From Candidatus Krumholzibacteriia bacterium (GTDB lineage: Bacteria > Krumholzibacteriota > Krumholzibacteriia > WVZY01), in contig JBHHVD010000001.1 of assembly GCA_046754105.1 (NCBI GenBank), forward strand, positions 32,001-96,000: a stretch of DNA of 64,000 nucleotides, written 5' to 3'. Made by a program: the position numbers and the translations under genes. The notes under the pieces are model-generated. The model did not search any database and had not been told where the DNA came from. It saw nothing but the letters and a program-made list of their open reading frames with translations. Below are positions 1 to 8,378 of this stretch, piece after piece. Position 1 is the first letter of the stretch. Each line of letters opens with the position of its first letter.

Positions 1-2193
1 GCTCACGCCCTGCGGGACAAAACTGATCTCGACCCGCCGGTTGCTGGCGCGTCCCTCCGCTGTGCCGTTGGATGTGACAGGTCTTCGATCGCCAAACCCA
101 CGCGCCTCAATCCGGTGCCGGGTGATGCCGTTTGCCATCAAGTACCGTTTCACGGCCTCCGCGCGGGCGAGAGACAACTCGAGGTTGGATGTGAAGTCGT
201 CGTTGTGGATGGGAATGCTGTCCGTGTGACCCTCGAGCAGTACGACCCACCCCGGGTTCGTCATCAGAAAGGCCCGTATGGGGTCGAGATGACTCAGTGT
301 CTCCGTTTTCAGAAAGGCTTTGCCGGTTTGAAAGTTCGAGCTGGGCACGGACGGGACCTGGTAGAGGACCCGGTGGCGACGGGTCACGCTGACGAGTTCC
401 TGGCAGACGATACGCCTCGCAAGCACGCGATCAGGTTCGGTCGTGGGCTGCAACGGAAAGGAAACGACGGCGTTTCCGCCGGCCAGCAGGTGGACCAGCC
501 GCTCGCTTCGCATGCCGCCGTGCCCCTCGGCGGGGGAGAAACCCGCCGGAACCGTACCTTCGTCGAGCCTGATGACCCGGTATCCCGAAAAAGTACGCGG
601 GACGGAAAATTTTCCCAATGAATCCGTGATCGCGTATTCGCCGCTCTCCATGTAGACCGCCACGCCGCGCACGCCCCTTTCCTTCGCGCCGCGCACGCCG
701 TCACCGTCCCCATCCACAAACACGTCACCCAGGATGATGCCGTCGCCCGAGAAAATATCGTTCTCTATCCGCAGTATATTGACGACCGGCCCGGCGCGAA
801 CCACGTCTCCGGTAGCAGCGACACCTCGCGCTTCACCGATGACCTTCGTCTTGCCCCGGGCCACACGACTGTTGGCGATGAACTTGATCGCCGTCTCGCG
901 CGTCTCCCCCGGGGCCAGGGCACCGGCGGACCACGCGAGCGATGCGCCGCTGCGCCCGAACGACGGGCTGGACAGAAAGTTCAACGTCGGTTGTACGGCC
1001 TCGTGGACGGTCACGCCGTTCACCACCATGCTGTCGCTGACGTTCTGTACCGTTACCACGAGAGTTACGACGTCGCCGAATCCAGCCGTGTTGTCCTTGA
1101 ACGTCTGGTCGAGCCGGATCACCGCCGCCGGATTGACCGCGGCCGGCGGCACGATACGGTCGACGGTGCGGTTGGTTCGCGTGCTGTCCAGCTGCGAGCG
1201 GGCGAGCAGCCGCACGGACAGGGAATCGCCGACCAGGTTGACGAACGGGGAGCCGGGTGTTGCCACCGTTGTGAGCACCGATCGTGTCTCGCCGGCAGCC
1301 AGCGCTCCCAGCAGCACGGCCCCCGGCGTCTGCGGCGACAGCGTTAGCACCTGGCCGGTTGTATCCCGGAACGTCACCGTGGTCCCTGGGGGCCAGCCGA
1401 TCGAATCGGCGACCGCCAGCTCCACCACGTCGGGCGAGACGCCCTGGTTCGCGACGTCGTTGCGAAAGGTGACGGTGAAATCCGCGTAACCGACGAACCG
1501 CTCGGTGACGTCGTCGGGGCTTCCCTCGCCGCCGGGCAGTGCCGGGGCGTTCCGGTAGGGCCCGAAGTGAAGAACGGAGCCACCGCGCTGGGTAATGACA
1601 TGTACGACGCTGGTCTGAGCAACCCCGGTCGTGTCGTTTGCGGAACGCGCCCGGATCTCCACGTAACTGTCGCCCGCGCCGCCGCTCGCCAGCATGAAAG
1701 CGACGCTCAAGTCCGCCTGGCCGCCGATCCCGAGCGCCAGGAACGCCGGATCGTCCTCGCCGGTATCGAAACGACCGTTGCCGTTTGCATCGCTGAAGAG
1801 CGTGACCCGGGAGAGACCCGTCGTTGACGGCGGAACGATCTGTTGCGCCGCCTGCGCCGAGTCCGGCGCGTTGCCGAGATTTCGGAGGGTGAAGGCCGCA
1901 TAGAGCGTATCTCCTCCAAGACCCTGGAGTGTGTACGCCGGTGAAGTGACGGTGCCCGGAGGTGAAAGCGAGATCGAGTACACCGGCACGACGTTCGTCG
2001 TCACCTGGTTCGAGAAGCTGATACGTGATCCGATACCGGTCAGGTAGTCCGCGCGCGACCGGCTGGTGATCTGCGTGCCGGCGGGTGTGACGGCGCCCCG
2101 GACGGCGCCGGCAGGCAAAAAGAGTCCCGCGAGCGCCCCAACGAGAAGAATCATCCGGGCGATGGTGCCGCTGAGGATCGCGGTGTGGCGCAT
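1..2193 (-). CDS. Large secreted DUF11/SdrD-B-like/OmpA-domain protein, 3'-truncated by the window edge (absent from the ORF track)
   Basis: Translated by hand from ATG 2193 (start, middle and edge segments are in one frame). Signal peptide MRHTAIL...AVRGA, then VTPAGTQITSRSRADY..SNQVTTNV. A DUF11-like block (FGDVVTLVVTVQN..LAPGETRE), then IILGDVFVDGDGDGVRGAKEKGVRGV..TDSLGKFS. An OmpA-like domain at the edge (LEGHTDS..NLELSLARAEAVKRYL..GFGDRRP..NRRVEI). Confidence 0.9.
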   Translation of the reverse strand, partial: MRHTAILSGTIARMILLVGALAGLFLPAGAVRGAVTPAGTQITSRSRADYLTGIGSRISFSNQVTTNVVPVYSISLSPPGTVTSPAYTLQGLGGDTLYAAFTLRNLGNAPDSAQAAQQIVPPSTTGLSRVTLFSDANGNGRFDTGEDDPAFLALGIGGQADLSVAFMLASGGAGDSYVEIRARSANDTTGVAQTSVVHVITQRGGSVLHFGPYRNAPALPGGEGSPDDVTERFVGYADFTVTFRNDVANQGVSPDVVELAVADSIGWPPGTTVTFRDTTGQVLTLSPQTPGAVLLGALAAGETRSVLTTVATPGSPFVNLVGDSLSVRLLARSQLDSTRTNRTVDRIVPPAAVNPAAVIRLDQTFKDNTAGFGDVVTLVVTVQNVSDSMVVNGVTVHEAVQPTLNFLSSPSFGRSGASLAWSAGALAPGETRETAIKFIANSRVARGKTKVIGEARGVAATGDVVRAGPVVNILRIENDIFSGDGIILGDVFVDGDGDGVRGAKERGVRGVAVYMESGEYAITDSLGKFSVPRTFSGYRVIRLDEGTVPAGFSPAEGHGGMRSERLVHLLAGGNAVVSFPLQPTTEPDRVLARRIVCQELVSVTRRHRVLYQVPSVPSSNFQTGKAFLKTETLSHLDPIRAFLMTNPGWVVLLEGHTDSIPIHNDDFTSNLELSLARAEAVKRYLMANGITRHRIEARGFGDRRPVTSNGTAEGRASNRRVEISFVPQGVS

Positions 2194-2239
2194 GACGCGC
2201 TCGGGAACTCTCAATTACTCAAACCCCTGAATGACCAGC

Positions 2240-2273
2240 AGCGGATGGGGGGTTTTTTGCCCGCCCATCCGCT
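2240..2273 (-). terminator. Intergenic hairpin (attenuator or mRNA-stabilising stem) between the DUF11 gene and the OmpA-domain gene
   Basis: AGCGGATGGG (2240-2249) pairs with CCCATCCGCT (2264-2273); no clear U-tract after the stem on the minus strand. Confidence 0.5.
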
Positions 2274-2335
2274 TGCCGTGGTTACAACCGTCGATCGAAC
2301 GATCGCGGCTACGGCGGCCCGGCCGCGCTGCGATC

Positions 2336-5038
2336 CTATTCCGCGATGATACGGACGACGAAACTCACGCCGACGGTGGAAGCCCCGCCCGGCACGAGGA
2401 ACCCGGTCATTACAAACCGAACGTTGGTCACATTTGCATCGAATCCGGCGGGCGCGCCGCCGCCGCTGCTAAGCGGGGTGTAGCCCCAGGAACCACCGCC
2501 GTCGGCCGAATACTGGACGGTCACGCCGGAAACTGCGGCGGGAGGAGTACCGATCGAGGCCGATCCCACCTTGAACTGCGTGAACGCCGGCATGGCGTCG
2601 AGAACGATGACGTTTGCCAACGAATCCGTCCCAAGGTTCTGGTAGTCCGTGACGTAGGTCAGCTCCGCGCCCGGAGGTTGATCGGTCGCGGGGTTCACCG
2701 ATTTCGCGAGGTCCAGATTACCTGCCGCGATCACCGTAACGTCGGTGGCGGACTCCGCGACCAGCGTGACGTTGCCGGTCGCCGTCAGCGCACCGGTCTC
2801 CACGGTGCCGATGGCCACGCCGGCGGGCACGCTGAGCTGCGCCACAACGGTCGCGACTTCACCGGGAATGAGCGTCACGCTGCCGACAGGGTTGTTCAGG
2901 GCGTCGTAGAACACATAGAGCCAGCCTTGAGAAGAAACGTAGCTCAGCGCAAACGTATCACCGACGTTTCCCGTATTGGTGACCGTATGCGTGTAGAAAA
3001 TCGTCCCGCCCGGCGTTGCGGTGCCACTCAAGTCAGGGGCAAAATCCACTGCCGGAAATGGGTTCACCGTAACGGTGTTTGCGATCGTGTCGAACGCCGC
3101 GGCGTTGTTGGTAGACGTGGCGGTGAAAGACGTCGGGTTCACGCCGGGCAACGTGCCCGCGGGAACGTCCACGCGCGCGATTACGTTCGCTTCGGCAAAT
3201 CCAGCGACCGGACCTATTGACCCGATCGGAGCCGCTTCACCGGCGTCGAGCACGCCGTTGCCGTTCACGTCCTCGTAGAACGTCACGGTCCAGCCGGCGG
3301 GCAGCGCCGCGGAAAGCCCGTACGTATCCACGCCGCCCACGGGATTGATGACGTCCAGCGGGAAATCGACAAACGTCCCCGGATTGGAACTCAGGTTTAC
3401 CGGGACGTTGTTGGTGCCGGCGCCGCCGTTGTAGTTGCCGATGTCGGCACTCGCCGCCAGGACACTTGCGACCCGGTCGGTAGTAAGGTTGAACACGACG
3501 GGGTCGTTGGTCGACTGCGCGCGCACCACCGCGTCGACCGGACCGCCCGCGGCCTGGTTACCGGGGATCAGCAGGCGCACGACGATGTCGATGCTGTCAC
3601 CCTGCGCGAGGGGACCGACGTCGGGGATGCCGTCCACGCCGTTATCCACCAGTGGAGTCACGCCGTCGGATTGCAGAAACAGGACCGACCATGCGGCTGG
3701 AATCGTGGATGATCCGTCCCGCAGGACGTTTATTTGATCGGTGGCGTTTCCCTCGTTGCGGACCGTGTTCACGAAATCAACGCTGGTTCCGGCATAGGCC
3801 GTCGCGACCGACTGCACGTCGTCATTGAAATTGGGTGGCGTACCGGCGCCCGATTGGCCCGAAGGCCCGACCAGGACGGTCGCTACCGTTCCAATGGTTA
3901 CAGTGGCGTTATTCGAGATGACGATAGACGGATCCGCGGTGAGTGGGGAGTTGTCAACGTAGGCGAGGGATACCGTGTTGCCCAGCACGCCGGCGGCCAT
4001 GGCCGACGGGACGGTAACCTGGTACGCAAAACTGTACCCCTGCGCCGGGACAACGGCGCCGCTCGTGATGTAACCCGCGGCGATATCGCCCGGGCCGGAG
4101 GTCGTGCTCCAGTTCCACGATTCCGGGCTGCCGGCCGTCGAGTTTCCCGCGTTCAAGTACAGAACGGTGCCGCCCGCGGGACTTCCGGAGGGCGTTCCGA
4201 ATATCGGCAGCGGGTTGCCCGTGCCGGGATCGACGGGGATGACGTCGTAGATGAGCACACCCGCCAACGCTACGGATGCTACGGTCACGCCGTTGGCCGC
4301 GTTGTTCCCCAGGTTGCTTCCCGTAAGCGTGTAGGTGATTTGATTGCCCGGAACAACGACCGCCGGTGCGCCGGAAAGGTTTGCCGTCATGACCGCGTCG
4401 TTGACCACCGTCGTCAGGTGATAGTTGCGGGTGTCGACCTGCAGGCCGTCGCCGACCGAAGCTCCTTCCACGCCGGCGTAGGCGACCTCGCCGGCCGTCG
4501 CCGCGACGGGCACCGTGTACGCGAGGATGATGCTCGCCGTCGCGCCCGAGGCAAGAGGACCGACGTTACCGGGCACACCGCCGGCGCTGATCACCGGCTC
4601 ACCCACGTTGACCACGCCGTCTCCATTGAGATCGTGGTAGATGGTCACGTCGGAAGCGGCAAGCGCAATGTTGGTATTGACCGCGTCCAGAATGGGAAAC
4701 AGGGAGAAGCTGTCATTGTCGTTTCCCGTGTTGGTCAGGTCGTAACGGTAGTACACCGTCATGCCGGGCAGAACGTTCTGTATCGCTGCTGGCGTGACGG
4801 GCGGTGTCTCACCCGAATCATCGGGCAGTATGGATACACCGTACACGGGCAACACGACGGTGATGACTTCGTTCGACGTCGACGTAAAACTGTTCCCGGT
4901 CATATCCTCGTACGTGGCGGACGAGCGGTTGCGTATCAGCGTGCCCGCAGGTGTGATCACGGCGAGAACGCTTGTTGCGGTCAACACCAGCACCGCCGCC
5001 AGGAGAAGAGGAAGCAAAAGACATGTCTTGATTTTCAT
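2336..5038 (-). CDS. Secreted DUF11 (conserved repeat)/Ig-like multi-domain surface protein, about 900 aa
   Basis: Start at MKIKTCLL with GAGG RBS and a signal peptide. Repeats of YxxxxTNTGNxxDxF, DxNG[DN]GxxxxGE Ca-binding-like loops, and a C-terminal LDLAKSVNP..PGAELTY..NLG..DAMP block. Confidence 0.88.
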   Translation of the reverse strand: MKIKTCLLLPLLLAAVLVLTATSVLAVITPAGTLIRNRSSATYEDMTGNSFTSTSNEVITVVLPVYGVSILPDDSGETPPVTPAAIQNVLPGMTVYYRYDLTNTGNDNDSFSLFPILDAVNTNIALAASDVTIYHDLNGDGVVNVGEPVISAGGVPGNVGPLASGATASIILAYTVPVAATAGEVAYAGVEGASVGDGLQVDTRNYHLTTVVNDAVMTANLSGAPAVVVPGNQITYTLTGSNLGNNAANGVTVASVALAGVLIYDVIPVDPGTGNPLPIFGTPSGSPAGGTVLYLNAGNSTAGSPESWNWSTTSGPGDIAAGYITSGAVVPAQGYSFAYQVTVPSAMAAGVLGNTVSLAYVDNSPLTADPSIVISNNATVTIGTVATVLVGPSGQSGAGTPPNFNDDVQSVATAYAGTSVDFVNTVRNEGNATDQINVLRDGSSTIPAAWSVLFLQSDGVTPLVDNGVDGIPDVGPLAQGDSIDIVVRLLIPGNQAAGGPVDAVVRAQSTNDPVVFNLTTDRVASVLAASADIGNYNGGAGTNNVPVNLSSNPGTFVDFPLDVINPVGGVDTYGLSAALPAGWTVTFYEDVNGNGVLDAGEAAPIGSIGPVAGFAEANVIARVDVPAGTLPGVNPTSFTATSTNNAAAFDTIANTVTVNPFPAVDFAPDLSGTATPGGTIFYTHTVTNTGNVGDTFALSYVSSQGWLYVFYDALNNPVGSVTLIPGEVATVVAQLSVPAGVAIGTVETGALTATGNVTLVAESATDVTVIAAGNLDLAKSVNPATDQPPGAELTYVTDYQNLGTDSLANVIVLDAMPAFTQFKVGSASIGTPPAAVSGVTVQYSADGGGSWGYTPLSSGGGAPAGFDANVTNVRFVMTGFLVPGGASTVGVSFVVRIIAE

Positions 5039-5049
5039 GATTTCCAACC

Positions 5050-5544
5050 TCACTTGACGAAGGTCCGGTACGAGACGGTGATCCCGCCGGAGGGGTCAAA
5101 GGCGTCTGAGATGATCCAGCGGATGTGGGTCACCATGTCCGGTGTGGCCTCGATCTGCGCCGTCGTTCCGTCCGGGTTGCGGCGGGTGATGACGATGGGC
5201 CAGTCCTCGTAGGTGCGACCGCCGTCGACACTGAACTCCACGCGGCCACCATCGGGGCGCGATGCAGTTGCATCGATGTACTCCGCACCTGACGGGATCG
5301 GATCGGTGATGAAGAGGTTTCGAACCACCCCGGAACCGTCGTTGCGGTACGTCAGGCGGTATTCGATAATGTCTTTGGGTCGCGCCCGATCGGCGGGCAG
5401 AAAGTTTTCCCTGCCGTCCTCGTTCGTGACGACACGGAATGCTTCGAGATTCCCTGTAAGGCCGGCATCGCTGGCCGCTGACACCAGCGGCAAGAACAGC
5501 CAGAGCGCAAGAATCCCGAGGGCGCAGAAGCGCTTCGGTCCCAT
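5050..5544 (-). CDS. Small secreted single DUF11-like domain protein, 164 aa
   Basis: Signal peptide; PKDIIEYRLTYRNDG..ITDPIPSGAEY..FSVDGGRTY..VTHIRW; AAGGAGG RBS. Confidence 0.88.
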   Translation of the reverse strand: MGPKRFCALGILALWLFLPLVSAASDAGLTGNLEAFRVVTNEDGRENFLPADRARPKDIIEYRLTYRNDGSGVVRNLFITDPIPSGAEYIDATASRPDGGRVEFSVDGGRTYEDWPIVITRRNPDGTTAQIEATPDMVTHIRWIISDAFDPSGGITVSYRTFVK

Positions 5545-5657
5545 GAGAGCCTCCTTTTTCGCGCAAGATGGCGACGTGACTACAATTCTTTGCTAGGGAA
5601 TGACAACCCGGCAGGTGTGGGCACAGTTCCTCGCTCCCCAGATACTTGCGCGGGATT

Positions 5658-5673
5658 CGCAAGGAACGAACCA
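5658..5673 (-). promoter_or_regulatory. Candidate sigma-54 (-24/-12) promoter for the DUF11 operon
   Basis: Minus strand reads TGGTTCGTTCCTTGCG: correct GG-N10-GC spacing, TTGC intact, 2 mismatches to TGGCACG; about 115 bp upstream of the 5544 start. Confidence 0.4.
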
Positions 5674-5915
5674 GTAGAACCGGAACGTGCGGGAATAGCC
5701 GAGAAACCTCGCGCCCGATCGAGGATACGCGCAACCGTACGCGACACGAACGAACCGTCACCGCCACCGCGGGCAACCCCCGACCGCAACCGGCTCTCGC
5801 GACGCCGCTCCCATGCCCCGGCGCGTGTACGGCAATCTGCACGGTTTTGCATTTCGCGGCCCACCCGCGAACAAAAAGTGTTGAATATTCTCCAGTATTC
5901 CCGGAGTATTGCCGT

Positions 5916-6986
5916 ATGACGCTCTCGCTCAACCAACGCTACCGGATACTCACCGTGCTCGTGGTGTCGCTGGCGACGGTGGCGTTTCACTACGGTCTCA
6001 TCGTCAAGCCCACTCACGCCGAAAACGACCTGTTCCACGCCATTCATGGACGGCTCTGCTACATTCCGATTATTCTGGGCGCGATCTGGTACAGCGTGTG
6101 GGGCGGCCTGGCCACGGCGGCATTCATAATCGTGCTCACCCTGCCCTACAGCGTCGTCGGCGAGGGTGCCCACCACGGATCGCTGGCCGGCGAGCTGACG
6201 GAAATGGTCTTCTATGTCGCGATCGGGATGACCGCGGGCATCCTCATCGAGCTACAGAGGGGTGAACGCAAGCAGCGGGAGGCGCTCGCGCGCGAACTCG
6301 AGAAGCAGGCCCGCCTCTCGAGCCTCGGACAGATGGCCGCCGGGCTCGCACACGAGATCAAGAATCCGCTAGGCTCGATCCAGGGCTCGGCGGAGATCTT
6401 GAGTGACGACTTTCCGGAAAACTCGCCGAAGCACGACCTCCTGCAGGTGCTCTCCAAGGAAACCGGTCGTCTGAATCGGGTCGTGGAGGATTTCTTGAAT
6501 TTCGCGCGCCCTCGCCCCCTGGAACGGTCCCCGACCCAGATCAATTCCCTGCTGCAGGAAATGATTTCCCAGATCGAGATGGACAACCGCGCGCAAAACG
6601 TGCGAATCACTCGCGATCTCGACCAATCCATCGCGGCGGCACCCCTCGACGCCGAGCAGCTCCACCAGGTTTTCTTGAATATCGCGCTGAACGCGATCAA
6701 CGCGATGCCGAACGGAGGCAGCCTGCGGGTCGAGAGCCACCGTGAAACCATGGAGGGGAGATCGCATATCGTCGTTCGCTTCAGGGACAGCGGAATCGGC
6801 ATGGCGCAGGAGGACATCGACAAGATATTCGACCCGTTCTACACCAGGAGCGATCAGGGGACCGGGCTGGGCCTGTCCATTTCGCACACAATCGTTCAAA
6901 ACCACGGCGGACACATCCGCGCGGAGGAAAACGATGACCGGGGCACGACGATCACTATCATGCTGCCCGTCATCGAGGATCGGTAG
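5916..6986 (+). CDS. Membrane sensor histidine kinase (NtrB/ZraS-like)
   Basis: Start at MTLSLNQ (GGAG upstream); several TM helices; H-box AHEIKNPL; N/G boxes NAINAM, DSGIG, FDPFY, GTGLGL. Confidence 0.92.
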   Translation: MTLSLNQRYRILTVLVVSLATVAFHYGLIVKPTHAENDLFHAIHGRLCYIPIILGAIWYSVWGGLATAAFIIVLTLPYSVVGEGAHHGSLAGELTEMVFYVAIGMTAGILIELQRGERKQREALARELEKQARLSSLGQMAAGLAHEIKNPLGSIQGSAEILSDDFPENSPKHDLLQVLSKETGRLNRVVEDFLNFARPRPLERSPTQINSLLQEMISQIEMDNRAQNVRITRDLDQSIAAAPLDAEQLHQVFLNIALNAINAMPNGGSLRVESHRETMEGRSHIVVRFRDSGIGMAQEDIDKIFDPFYTRSDQGTGLGLSISHTIVQNHGGHIRAEENDDRGTTITIMLPVIEDR

Positions 6987-6989
6987 ACC

Positions 6990-8363
6990 ATGCAGCCGGC
7001 GAGAATATTCATCGTGGACGACGACGAGAGCAACCTCAAGGTGCTCGGTTATATTCTGGAACAAGCCGGGTACGAGGTGGCCCGCATGTCTTCGGCGGCC
7101 GCGGTGATCGCACAGGTCGAAAAGCAACGTCCCGACCTCGTGCTCAGCGATATCAAGATGCCCAAGATGGACGGGATGAGCCTGCTCAAGGAAATAAAAA
7201 AACGAGACGCCACGATTCCCGTGGTAATGCTGACGGCCTTTGGATCGGTGGACACCGCGGTCGAAGCCATGAAGGTGGGAGCCGCTGACTACCTCACCAA
7301 GCCGATCAGCCGGGACGAACTGACGCTGACCGTCGAGAGAATCCTGCGCATGCACCGGCTGGAGCAGGAGAACATGGCGCTCAAGGAATCCTTGAGGGAG
7401 AGGTTCCAGGTCGACAACATCGTCGGTTTGTCGTCGGCGATGCGCAAGGTGTTCGACGTCGTCGAGCAGGTCGCCGCTACCGACGCCACGGTGCTCGTCA
7501 CCGGGGAGAGCGGCACCGGCAAGGAGCTGATCGCGAAAGCCGTCCATTTCAATAGTCCCCGCAAGGAACACCGCCTGGTGACTATCAATTGCGCGGCGAT
7601 TCCTTCGGAGCTGCTGGAGAGCGAGTTGTTCGGACACGTCAAAGGCGCGTTCACCGGGGCCGTACGTACGAAGCAGGGCAAGTTTCAACTGGCCGACGGG
7701 GGCTCACTGTTCCTCGACGAGATAGGGTCGTTGTCACTGCCGCTGCAGGCCAAGCTGCTGAGGGCACTGCAGGAGAAGGAGGTGGAACGAGTCGGTGACG
7801 AACGGCCGGCGACCGTGGACGTTCGAGTTATCGCGGCGACCAACCGCCCGCTTCCGGAGTTGATCGGCTCGGGAGAGTTCCGCGAGGACCTCTACTACCG
7901 GCTGAACGTCGTGAGGATCGAGGTGCCGCCGCTGCGGGATCGCGCGTCCGACATCCGGTTGCTGGTGGGTCATTTCACGAAAAAATACGCCGCCGAACGC
8001 GACGTGGCCTTCACCGACGGGGCCGTGCGGGTGCTCGAGCACTACGACTGGCCGGGCAACGTGCGCGAGTTGGAGAACTTTTGTGAGCGCACGATCCTGA
8101 TGAGCAAGGAAAACGAGATTCGGGAAAGCACGGTCAGGGAACACATCGGCGCCATGTCACGAGAGCAGGACGCAATGTCGCCGGTGCCAGCTGCGACGCA
8201 GGCCGGCAGCGTGAGCCTGCCCGAAATGGAACGTCAGGCCGTGCTGGACGCGCTCGTCAGTTGTGACTGGAATCAATCCCGCGCCGCCCGCATGTTGGGA
8301 GTGCCGCGTCACGTCCTGATTTACCGAGTGAAGAAATTCGGTATCCACCGGGGCGATCGCTGA
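6990..8363 (+). CDS. Sigma-54-dependent response regulator (NtrC family; REC-AAA+-HTH)
   Basis: VDDD, DIKMP, GESGTGKE, ESELFGHVKGAFTGA, FLDEI, WPGNVREL, C-terminal Fis-type HTH. Confidence 0.96.
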   Translation: MQPARIFIVDDDESNLKVLGYILEQAGYEVARMSSAAAVIAQVEKQRPDLVLSDIKMPKMDGMSLLKEIKKRDATIPVVMLTAFGSVDTAVEAMKVGAADYLTKPISRDELTLTVERILRMHRLEQENMALKESLRERFQVDNIVGLSSAMRKVFDVVEQVAATDATVLVTGESGTGKELIAKAVHFNSPRKEHRLVTINCAAIPSELLESELFGHVKGAFTGAVRTKQGKFQLADGGSLFLDEIGSLSLPLQAKLLRALQEKEVERVGDERPATVDVRVIAATNRPLPELIGSGEFREDLYYRLNVVRIEVPPLRDRASDIRLLVGHFTKKYAAERDVAFTDGAVRVLEHYDWPGNVRELENFCERTILMSKENEIRESTVREHIGAMSREQDAMSPVPAATQAGSVSLPEMERQAVLDALVSCDWNQSRAARMLGVPRHVLIYRVKKFGIHRGDR

Positions 8364-8378
8364 GCTGCGGAGCACAAA

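Noticed and set aside
2231..5212. Long + strand ORFs (329, 492 aa) opposite the DUF11 gene, and similar shadow ORFs throughout (e.g. 9574-10896, 16937-18394, 19447-20757, 34236-35768, 38742-40763)
   Set aside because: Antisense or off-frame shadows of well-supported genes; Arg/Gly/His-rich, no motifs; expected at high GC
5837..5851. CTGCACGGTTTTGCA as a sigma-54 promoter for the kinase
   Set aside because: Lacks the -24 GG and the spacing is one base short
5646..5915. N-terminal extensions in the ORF track (kinase, M1, AlkP-TPR, rfbD, M28, DASS, mutM, HD-GYP and others)
   Set aside because: Downstream starts fit better with SD sequences, signal peptides or family N-termini (e.g. MutM must begin at PELPE)
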